Assembly (NCBI RefSeq): GCF_963921235.1
Contig: NC_086108.1
Location: forward strand, 68,388,001 to 68,452,000
Direction: 5' to 3'
From: Mobula hypostoma
Taxonomy: Eukaryota
DNA length: 64,000 nt
The position numbers and the translations under genes were made by a program. This document shows, piece by piece, positions 54,049 to 64,000 of this stretch. The first letter of the stretch is position 1. Each line of letters starts with the position of its first letter. The notes under the pieces are model-generated. The model had not been told where the DNA came from. It worked only from the letters and a program-made list of their open reading frames with translations, and searched no databases.

Positions 54049-55037
54049 TAAAAATGACACGATTTATCATTTGTTATGCTTTGCTAGTTGCTTTGAATTC
54101 TTCCTTATTTTTTCAGTGAGGGCTGTATTTGGTTAAGTCCTGTTAATCAGCATAGCTGACTATTCAGTATGTCGAATCGCATATAAAAAAAATTTAAACG
54201 TTACAGCTAAGTCATTCCTCCTTGCCATTTTTATTGAGACGTGCTTCCAAGTGGATGAGGGAGAAGAGATATCTAATCACCAAAGTGGCATGCATTTATC
54301 TGACCATTGTTTTGGTCTTTGAGATCATCATGATATTGGAGATACCCTTCTTGATCTCAGGAGCCAACCCAACCCACCCTCACCCCCCCCCCCACCACAC
54401 ACACAACTTCCTAGTACTCAAAACTCTACACACTTTTGTAGGGAACCAGTACAGGATGTTAGTATCCTCCATGCAGAATGACAAAATGGCAAGTTTAAAT
54501 TGATCATGTTTTTACAGTTTGAACCTGTGTAGTATGCCCTCAGTATGACTGAGGACTTATTTACGGTACATATTCTGCCCTACCACTCAGTAAGTAAGTA
54601 CACATTTTAAAATGCTAGTAACACATAATCTGATTGAGGAAAATAATAGGTTGATCAGCATCTGTAGGAAGAAGGGAATTGTCAGTGCTTCAGTTTGAAA
54701 CTGCATTAGGATCAAAAACCCTGTTTTTAGTTAGCATGGACTCATTGTATTGGTCTATGACTCTAATTTCTTTCCTCCCACAGATGCTAATTGATATGCT
54801 GTATTCTTCTAGCGGATTATTGGTTGCTGTAGATTCCAGCGTTTGCAGTGTCTTTGTGTTTTCATAAAATGCAAGCACCTACTGTAGGTCCAAATAATTA
54901 TCAACAACAAGAATAGCTGAAAGTCTAGAGCATTGTCCATGGTTCAGTGCTTTGAGTATTTGACAAACAGAACAAGTAGAAACTATTTTATTTTAATCCC
55001 AAACTTCAACATTTGCTTAGGCCAGTAGGACTCATCG

Positions 55038-56039
55038 CACTGGACAACAAGGATAAGAAAATCTGCAGATGCTGGAAATCCAAGCAACACACACAAAATG
55101 CTGGAGGAACTCAGCAGGCCAGGCAGCATCTATGGAAAAGAGTAAACAGTTGACGTTTCGGGCTGAGACCCTTCATTAGGACTATCTTGATGGGTCTCAG
55201 TCTGATACTTCGACTGGTTACTCTTTTCCATATACGCTGCCTGGCCTGCTAAGTTCCTCGAGCATTTTGTTTTTTTTTCCAAAAGTGTTGCTTCCCCAGA
55301 ATTATTATATGATAGACTGCTTAAAGCTGAACACACATATAATTTCAGACTACTTGTATCACATAGGAATTTGGAGAAACAAATTAACTTTTATTGAATA
55401 TATTGTGTTTAATTGCATATCAGTGTTGACACTTTGCAATAGTTCATCTAAGCTAAACATGTTTTGGTGATGATTTTTGTTTGTACTCAGTATCTGAGGC
55501 TTCTCACTTGTGTCCAACAATGATCAGCCAGCACTGATGGATTCCAGTTGCCCTGATACTGTTTCTCCGTGACCACAAGGTCCTGGTAAAACCTTTCACC
55601 ATGCTCGTCACTGACTGCGCCAAGATTTGCAGGGAAGAAGTCTAAATGGGAATGCAGAAAATGAATCTTTAGTGGCATGTTGTACTTCATGGTTTTGTAT
55701 GTTTGAGGCAATTTCTCAACCAGCCGCTTGTAGTTCGGTGTTCTGTAGTTGCCAAGAAAATTTTCAGCAACATCCTTTAATACCTTCCATGCCTTTTTCT
55801 CCAGTCCCACTAGAAGTTCTTCAAATTGCCTGTTTGATTTGTAGACCAACAAAAATGCCTTCCCTAATTTTTGCGTCAGTTATTCTGACTTGAATTATGA
55901 ATTGAAATAACAAATTTAGGCAGTTTCAAAAAGATGGTGCATGACAAGGAAATTGCATGGTTATTTTCATGATCAGCAGTCCAAAATCCATAAGTTACAC
56001 CCAAAAGTATTCAGAAAGCAAAATCTTTGTTGTCCAATG
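55038..56039 (-). mobile_element. Chapaev-like (CMC superfamily) DNA transposon, internally deleted, with transposase C-terminus
   Basis: TIRs CACTGGACAACAA (55038) and TTGTTGTCCAATG (56039); ORF 55487-55852 NMPLKIHFLHSHLDFFPANLGAVSDEHGERFYQD; Penelope fold-back inserted at ~55055-55270. Superfamily assigned from the CAC termini and HxxH...E motif. Confidence 0.7.
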
Positions 56040-56509
56040 TAGTCTATCACAAGTACAAGTGGACTGAAATTACTGGAAGTGATTTGAATTGTTGTAATCT
56101 AAATAATAGATATTTAAGATCTGATCTCACTACACATTTTCCTTCCCCTTCTTTAATTCCTAAAACTTTACCCCAGAATTGTTGACCTCACACGATGTCA
56201 GGAGAGAAAAATGCAAATTAGCAGATTCCACTTATTGCATTTACCCCTGCAGCGTTAGGTTCAAGACTTTCTTATAGTTTTCATTGTTTAAGAACTAACT
56301 TTCCAAAAGCAATTGCAATCAGTTCTTAGGAAAGCGGTGTTCAGAACACACACCGAGGTCACCCGACATGTTCAGTGATTTCAAATGATGTGAAACATTC
56401 AGTTTGATGTCACTGTGCCCATGAAGCAGCAATAAGTAAAGGGTTGAAAGCCAGCTTTGGCAGTTTTGATAGCATTTCTTCTCCCCAGTCCTCTTGCTAG
56501 CCCTGACAT

Positions 56510-57015
56510 TCTGCAGATACTAGAAATCCAGAGTAACACATGCAAACTGCTGGAAGAACTCAGCAGGGCAGACAAAATCTATAAAAAGTTATTAAAAAAA
56601 AAACTTGTATAGGAGCTATAAAAAGTTGATGTTTCAAGCCAAGGCCCTTCATCAGGACTTGAAAGAAAGGGGTCAGAATAAGAAGCTGAGGGATGGGAAT
56701 GAGTACAACTTGGAAGGTGATTGGTGAAGCCAGGTGAGGAGGAAGCTAAGTCAGTGGGCGAGGGAAGATGAAGCGAGAACCTGGGAGGTGACAAGTGAAA
56801 AAGATAAAGAAGGGCTCAGAAAGAAGAAGGAATCTGGTATGAGCAGAGAGTGGACTATGGGAGAAAGTGAAGGCGATGGTGAACCAGAGGGAGATGATGT
56901 GCAGAGGAGAAGGGACAGCCTGAATGGGGAATAGAAAAGGAAAGTCGGGGGAGGGGTGAGAAATTACCAGACTTTGGAGAAGTTAGTGTTCATGGCATCA
57001 GGTTGGAGGCTACGC
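56510..57015 (-). mobile_element. Penelope-like 3' fragment and terminal repeat
   Basis: Minus strand SLQPDAMNTNFS C-terminus; CTGATGAAGGGCCTTGGCTTGAAAC core at ~56630-56655. Confidence 0.8.
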
Positions 57016-57569
57016 AGTCCATTCGTAAACGAAAGCAAACTAAAGGAAGTAGAAAGATATACAAACGTACTTCACACTCCTGACTTATGCCTGTAACTGG
57101 TGAATGGGTTTTGGAAACCAGGAAGTGAGTCACTTGATATGAGATTTCCAGTCTGTCTTCTTGTGGTCTTAGTATCTGACCCTGTTAAGTTTCTAGCCAT
57201 TGATGATGTGTAGAATGTCAGAGATGGTAATACTGTTGAATAGCAAAAAATATTGGTGAATAAACTCTCCTGTTAGAATTTGGGTTTTGTGTGGCATGTT
57301 AATGATTGTTTATTGACTAAATCTTATCCAGGTCTGTTGCCACTGGCATGGATTGATTCATTTTGTAAGGAAATGTAAGTGAGATTAAACATTGTTCATC
57401 AGCACAAATACCAACTTCTAACCATGGAAATAAGGTTACTTTCAGTTGGTTCGCATCAACTCACTCATTTGTTCAGTGTACCAAAAACTTGTTGACTCCT
57501 CTGGTATCAAGTTCCATCTACTCTTGACAATCCAGGGTAGTAATTTCTAGATTGCTGCCTGTGCCACAC

Positions 57570-60500
57570 ATCAGTGAGAGGAAGAATAGGATGATCTGGC
57601 AGATGAATGAATTGCTGAGGAATTGGTGCAGGGGACAGGATTTCAGATTTCTGGATCATTGAAGTCTCATCTGGAGAAGGTATGACCTGTGCAAAAAGGA
57701 GGTGTTACACCTGAACCCAAAGGGGACCAATATCTTTGTGGGCAAGTTTGTTAGAACTGTTGGGGAGGGTTTAAACTACTTTGGTGGGGAATGTGAACTG
57801 GAATGATATGGCTGAGGATGGGGCAATGGGTATACAAGTAGATGTAGTGAGACTGTCAGGAAGGAGAGGCAGATGATAAACCAAAATTGCAGTCAATGGG
57901 AGAAGTTGAACTGTAACTTGGCAAAATCAAAAAGGGTGATGAATACATGACTGAAGCTCTCAGATTAGAATGTACACAGTATATAGAATAAGATTATCCT
58001 GTAACGCATTTAGGGATTGGCAGATAAGACGTTGTGGGCATCACTGAGTCATATCTGAAAGAAGATCATAGTTGAGAGCTTCGCTGTATACACATTGTAT
58101 CGAAAGGACAGGCAGGTAGGTAGAGGGGGTTGAGTGGTTCAGTTGATAAGAAGTGAAGTCAAGTCATCAGAAACTGGTGACATAAGATCGGAAGATGTAG
58201 AATCAGTGTACATAGAATTAAGAAACTCAGAAGACCCTGATGGGAGTTATATACAGGCCTCTAAATAGTAGCCAGAATGCGGAAGACAAATTAAAACGGG
58301 ATGGAAAAGGCATGTAAAAAGGGGGATTTCAATAAGTAAATTGGAAAAATCAAGTTGGTAAATCCCAAAAGAGGCAATTTGTAGAATGCTTATGAGATAA
58401 CATTTTAGAGCAGCTTGTGGTTGAGTACACTAGAGGAAAGGCAGTTCTGGATCGGGTGTTGTGCAATGACCCACATTTGAATGGGGGGTTTAAGGCAAAG
58501 GAACCTTTAGGAGACGCTGATCAAGACAGGATAGAATCAGCCTGCAGTTTGAGAGGGAGAAGATAAAAACAGATGTATTAGTATTACAGTGGAGTAAAGG
58601 GAGAGAGGATCTGGCCAGAGTTGATTGGAAGGGAACACTAGCAGGGATGATGGCAGAACATCAATGGCTAGAGTTTCTGTGGGCATTTTCAGAAGGCACA
58701 GATAGATTAGATTAGATTCAACTTTATTGTCATTGTGCTGAGTACAGATACAAAGCCAATGAAATGCAGTTAGCATCTAACCAGAAATGCAAAGAATAGT
58801 GTTATTTGCAAAATAACTGCGAATAAAAAGTAAGTGCTACAGCACACAAATATAAAAGTACTGAGACAGTACAATATGGGTGCAATACTGCTTAGCGCTG
58901 TGATGTGAGGTTCAGCAGAGTCACAGCCTCAGGGAAGAAGCTCTTCCTGTGCCTGCTGGTGCGGGAACGGAGGCTCCTGTAGCACCTACCAGATGGGAGG
59001 AGAGTAAAAAGTCCATGGTTAGGGTGAAATGTATCCTTGATAATGCTTTTCACCCTGCCCAGGCAGCGTTTATGGTAGATGTTCTGAGTGGTGGGCAATT
59101 GGATGCCAATAATCCTCTGGGCAGTTTTCACCACACGCTGGAGTGCTTTGCGGTCCGATACGAGACAAGGTCTGAAGGTAGATAAGTCACCTGGACCAGA
59201 TGGGCTACTCTCCAGGGTTCTGAAGTAGGTAGCTGAAGAGATTATGGAGGCATTAGTAATGATCTTTCAAGAATCACTAGATCCTAGAATGTTTATGGAA
59301 GACTGTAAAATTGCAAATGTCACTCCATTCTTTAAGGTGGAGGGAGGCAGAAGAAAGGAAATTATAGGCCAGTTAGCTTGACATCAGTGGTTGGGAAGAT
59401 ACTGGAGTCCGTTATTAAGGATGAGGTTTCGGGATACTTAGAGTGCGTGATAAAATAGGCCAAAGTCAACATGATTTCCTTGAGGGGAAATCTTGCCTGA
59501 CAAACCTATTGGAATTCATTGAGGAAATAATGGACAAGGTAGACAAAAGAGAGTTAGTGAATGGTGTTTACTAGGAGTTTCAGAAGGCCTTTGTCAAAAA
59601 GGGTAAAGGGTAAACAGTCAATATTTCGAGCCAAGGCCTTTCATCGGGACTGGAATAAAAGGATGAGAAGTCAGAGTAAGAAGGTACCTTACTCAAGCTG
59701 AAGGAACTCAGCTGAAGCATCAACTGTTTACTCTTTTCTGTAGATGCTGCCCCTAGCATTTTGTGTGTTTGTTTTGGATTTCCAGTATCTGCTGATTTTC
59801 TCTTGTTTGTGATTGGGTAAAGGGGAGCCTTTTCTGGTTGGCTGCCAGTGACTAGTGGCATTCCACAGGGGTCAATGTTGAGATTGCTCCTTTTCATGAC
59901 AGAATCATATGTCAACGATTTTGATGACAAAATTGGTGCCTTTGTGGTCATGTTTGCAGACTATACAAAGATAGGTGAAGGGGCAAGTAGTGCTGAGGAA
60001 GCAGGGAGTCTGCAGAAGGACTTAGTTGGGTTGGGAGAATGGACAAAGAAGTAGCAGATGGAATATAGTGTTGGGAAATATATGTTCTGGCACTTTGGTA
60101 GAAAGATAAAGGCATTGAGTATTTTCTAAACATGGAGAAAGTTCAAAAACAAAAGGTGCAAAGGAACTTGGGTTGAGTCCTTACTACTGACTCTAAAGTT
60201 GAGTCAGTGGTAAGGAAGGTAAATGCAATGTTATCATTCATTTTGAGAGGTCTAGTATATAAGAGAAAGAATGTGTTGCTGAGGCATTGGTTAGACCATA
60301 TTTGGGGTATTGTGAGCAGTTTTGAGCTTTTAAACTTAAAAAAAAAAGATATGCTGGCATTGGAGAGGGTGCAGAGGGTGTTTGTGAGAATGATTCCAGG
60401 AATGAAAGAGTTAACATATGAGGAGCGTTTGGTGGCTCTGAACCTGTACTCGCTGAGTTTTAGAAGAATGAGAGGGGATCTCATTGAAAACTATCGAACA

Positions 60501-60811
60501 TTGAGATGTCTGGATGGAATGGATGTGGGGAGGATGTTTATCATAGTGGGTGAATCTGTGACTGGAAGGGCACAGCCTCAGAATAGAGGGACGTCCATTT
60601 ACAACAGGGATTAGGAGGAATTTCTTTAGCAAGAAGGTAATAAATTTGTGGAATTTATTGCCACAGCTGTGGAGGCCAAGTTATCGGGTATTTTTAAGGT
60701 GGAGGTTGATAGGTTCTTGATTAGTTAGTGTGTCAAGGGTTATGGGGTAAAGGCAGGAGGATGGAGTTGATGGATAAGAAATCAGCCATGACAGAATGGT
60801 AGAGCAGACTC
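57570..60811 (+). mobile_element. Degenerate CR1 (end of ORF1 esterase, ORF2 with deletion, 3' UTR); its tail continues at 63018-63066
   Basis: LHLNPKGTNI esterase end, VIYRPLNS, KSPGPDG, SGIPQGSML, MFADYTK, LERVQRVF; tail split as gagcagactc|...|gactcaattggcc..tggcctaattctg. Confidence 0.85.
58702..59165 (-). mobile_element. Rex1-type LINE 3' end nested in CR1
   Basis: Minus ORF VKTAQRIIG..SIIKDTFHPNHGLFTLLPSGRCYRSLRSRTSR; (taatc)n tail. Confidence 0.85.
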
Positions 60812-60930
60812 TGTTGTATATTTAATACTTCAGTAGTATTTGAATAATATTGTAAATATATTGCTTGATTAGGCATTCTTGTTCATTTAAATAATTCATT
60901 ACGGTTTATATAGAAATTACGTGAATGGCA

Positions 60931-61234
60931 GGGGTGATTGATAAGTTCGTGGCCTATGGTAGAAAAAGATGAGTGATACAGCTCTCGTTACATGTGCATG
61001 CAGTTCAGCTCTTTGCGTGATTATGCAGAAAGTTTGAAGTTAATAACTCATCTCTTTCTACTTATCAATCACCCCTGCTGTGGGCACTTTCTGGAGGTCC
61101 AAGATCCGTATGCTCCACGACCGCTGGACTAAGTGTGTAAATGTTGGAGGGAACCATGTTGAAAAATAAATGTGCTAGGTTTTCTAAAATTGACTCCTTC
61201 TACCTTAGGCCATAAACTTATCAATCACCCCTCA
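60931..61234 (+). mobile_element. Mariner-derived non-autonomous element inserted in the 5' LTR
   Basis: TIRs GGGGTGATTGATAAGTTCGTGGCCTATGGTAGAA and TTCTACCTTAGGCCATAAACTTATCAATCACCCCTCA-TA; transposase C-terminal remnant RWTKCVNVGGNHVEK*. Confidence 0.85.
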
Positions 61235-61839
61235 TATGTCAAGCAGACAAAAAAATGGATTGCACAGGGAAAAGGAAAAGCTAAAAAGTCAAGTTACAGT
61301 TTCAGAAAAGCACTAACTTACATGCTGTTGATGAAAAATCTGATGAGAGTGACACAGGTCTAGGTAGCCTTGAGATTCAAAATGTGAAATTAACAATGGA
61401 CAAGCAATTTGGCTTACACTAGAAGTGAATGGCAAATTAATTAAAATGGAATTGGACACTGGCTTAGCTGATTCGGTCATTCCATAAAATGAGTTTCAAT
61501 GGCATTTCAAAGATACTAAACTGAAGCCTACAGATATCCAACTAAGAAATTATACTGGAGAAAAGATGACCCCTGTGGGAATGGCATTTACACCAGTGAA
61601 ATACAACACTCAGCAACCCACATTGGGTCTGTCTGTATTAAAAAGAACAAGAAGGCCAGCATTGTGGGCTCCAGAGTAGCTGAGACAGCTAGCTACAAAT
61701 TAATTGGAGATCCATCCACAGTTTGCATGCCATGTCCTCTATAATAGAGTCAACCAAAAGCGAATTTGAAAAAGGTACTGGTTGATGACACAATTGTCTC
61801 CATGCTGTACGCCATGAACCATTGCTCAACAGAGGGGAA

Positions 61840-62390
61840 ACGGGTGTTGCACCAACTTCTGTGCCTCTGGGTTGAAGGCATATTGGACCAAGCAAGGACC
61901 TTGCTGCCAGGAGTAATCGGGAAAGTGACGTAAGCAGTGGTCCGACTACAAAAGGTTTGTAGGCAACATACCTGAGAAAGCTTCTGATATGTTAACCGGG
62001 CAGTTAATTTTGAAATGTGGCTTGGTTTTAAGCTGGGAGAGTGTTCTAGGAGCTTTAGGAAAATTGCAAGCATTCGGCTTTTGTGAATATAAAGAACTGA
62101 AATCTACTATGTGTACGTTAAGATTATTGCATGAATTTCAAGTGGGAGACAAAAAGCTGCTTGTTAGAGTACCATGGATACAAAGACCATAGCCCAGCTG
62201 GATGAGTGGAAGGCCAAAAAGAAAGGAGATACAAAAACAGGCTTCATCAGATGATATTGATGTGGAAACCAAGAGGAGAGATCAGATCGTAAAAAGAGCA
62301 ATAGAAGGATTAATAAGAGAATATTCCAGTGAACTAAATGCACCTTCCCAAGATCAAGATGCACATCCTAGAAATACGAAAAAGAGCAGG
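61840..62390 (+). pseudogene. RBM25: Intronless RBM25 fragment (RRM and following helix) inside the LTR element
   Basis: Across frames: GPTT/FVGNIPEKASDMLTGQLILKCGLVLSWESVLGALGKLQAFGFCEYKELKSTMCTLRLLHEFQVGDKKLLVRV/DTKTIAQLDEWKAKKK/DVETKRRDQIVKRAIEGLIREYSSELNAPSQDQDAHPR, matching the RBM25 N-terminal region as I recall it; one stop and at least three frameshifts. Confidence 0.9.
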
Positions 62391-62778
62391 ATAAAGAGAG
62401 ACAAAGAAGTTGGGTCCGGAAGAGGAGCAAGGGTTGAAATAGATCCAGAGAGAAAAGCTGAGGAAAGGAGAAGAAAGATGTCCGGAGCTGTCAGAACTAC
62501 TTCCTGCTGTCCCAGAGGCGACCCCTACAACCATGGAGGGGGCCCCAGAACTTGAAATTGTTTCACAGCCACAAGTCTCACCTGCCAAGCAGAATATTTG
62601 CCCTTGTCAGAAAACACATTATCCCACAAAAGTAAGAAAGACTCCACAGTAATTAAAGCTTTAGGCCTGAATGGGACAATTTAAAGGTTACTATCTGGTT
62701 GTATTATATTGAATACTGTATATATAGTTGAGATGCATTCTCTATTGAGTTGACGTTTTTAAGCTGAGCAGGGAGGAG

Positions 62779-63017
62779 TGTTGTGTATTTAATATTTCAG
62801 TAATGTTTGAATAATATTGTAAATATATTGTTTGATTAAGCACTTGTTTAAATAACTTATTACTAGTTATATCCAAATTACGTGATTTGCATACGTCATC
62901 ACACTACCACATGATATGTGTGTACCTCCCTTAATAGTAAAAACAAATTAAGACTTGCATCTCTTAGGCGTCTGTCTTTTTCTTTAATTTTGTATCTTGG
63001 TGTTAGAAAATGAAATG
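62779..63017 (+). repeat. 3' LTR (239 bp); the 5' LTR survives only as 60812-60930
   Basis: The first 64 nt of the two LTRs differ at about 6 positions by eye. Confidence 0.85.
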
Positions 63018-63329
63018 GACTCAATTGGCCAGCTGGCCTAATTCTGTTCCTATGTCTATGGTCTTACAAGCTTACTTTCACAAATATTGTAATAATATAA
63101 TGAATATGACCCTATTCTTTATTCTAGCTGTTGTAGCCATTAAGTTCTTAAATGATTTCACATAACTTTTGTGCATAGCAAATTCTGGAAAAGCTAACTG
63201 CTAAAAATAAAGCCTTTAACATATATAAAAACAATTAAGCATAACCCTTTTTACTCATTTTTATAACTGACCCCCTCCTTGAAAATTAAAATATCGATAG
63301 CACAAAATACTGGGGAAGCTGTGAATTAA

Positions 63330-63920
63330 GTAAGGGGGTTAAGTATTGATGTTCAGAGTGATCTGGATATCCTCGTTTAAGGAACACAGAAAGCTAGCTG
63401 GCCGGTATAGCAAACAATTCTGAAGACAGACAGAATCTCAGTCTTTAAAGTGAGGATAATGGAGAAAAGAGAAGTGAAATCTTATTGCAACCATTCTGGG
63501 CTTTGGCAAGTTCACAGCCTTAGTGCAGTCTGTGATAGATGGGATAATGGGCATAGTGCTGTTCTCATTATTTAAAGAAGCAAGTTTACTATATGTTTCA
63601 ATGTATTTGTGACAAACAAATAACGCTATTCTTTAAATGTACCCAAGTTCCTGAAGTTCAGAATAATGAGAGGTCATGTTATTGAAACATATAACAGATG
63701 TTATTTAAACATTTCAACAGGATAGATGTTGTAAGGTTGTTTCCTCTGGTGGGGATTCTAAAACTTAGGGGCATAGACTAATGATACAAATTTAACAACT
63801 TAAAGCTAATCTGAGGAGAAATTTCAGTCCCCAGAGTTGTGAATTATTGGATTTCTCAACCCAAGAGAGCTGTGGATACTGGAGTTATTAAGTATATTCA
63901 TGCTGAGATAGATTTTATTG
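63330..63920 (+). mobile_element. Old CR1 3' fragment
   Basis: Degenerate LEFRIMRGHVIETY and RGHRLM..RVVNYWISQP motifs. Confidence 0.6.
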
Positions 63921-64000
63921 TAACCATTTACTATCCAAATACTGACGTGTACACCAAGTCTGCCAGGATTTCAAAACGTATCATCCAATGCCATGTTTTC

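Larger units (their letters stand above)
60812..63017 (+). mobile_element. Non-autonomous Gypsy/Ty3-type LTR retrotransposon
   Basis: GACTC duplication at 60807-60811 and 63018-63022; LTRs begin TGTTGT at 60812 and 62779; polypurine tract AGGGAGGAG at 62770-62778; protease remnant EVNGKLIKMELDTGLADSVIP (DTG at 61455-61463); pol C-terminal tail HYPTKVRKTPQ near 62617-62650. Confidence 0.85.

Noticed and set aside
61989..62555. RRM-like ORFs as further ELAVL4 exons or a functional RBM25 gene
   Set aside because: The sequence matches RBM25, not ELAV RRM2/3. It has a stop and frameshifts, no convincing splice sites, and lies inside an LTR element.

Overview
Vertebrate nuclear DNA, AT-rich and very repeat-dense. 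The mix of CR1, Rex/Babar, Penelope and V-SINE repeats suggests a cartilaginous fish (inference). The window appears to lie inside one + strand gene, ELAVL4/HuD (neuronal ELAV-like RRM protein). Three coding exons are present (8866-9106, 46952-47055, 53572-53725), joined in frame by GT-AG introns of 37.8 kb and 6.5 kb. They encode the N-terminus, RRM1 and the start of RRM2; the first exon(s) and exon 5 onward were not found in the window. The introns are largely filled with layered transposable elements: CR1 LINEs of several ages, Rex1/Babar-type LINEs, an L1/Tx1 3' end, Penelope-like elements with hammerhead-ribozyme-like cores, tRNA-derived SINEs, a solo LTR, Tc1/mariner MITEs and a Chapaev-like DNA transposon. 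Most short ORFs in the track are TE fragments or noise. The most unusual object is a Gypsy-type LTR element (60812-63017, GACTC target duplication) whose RT/RNaseH/integrase core appears replaced by an intronless, decayed fragment of the splicing-factor gene RBM25, i.e. apparent capture of a host mRNA by an LTR retrotransposon. TE boundaries were read by eye and are approximate unless a TSD or TIR is quoted.
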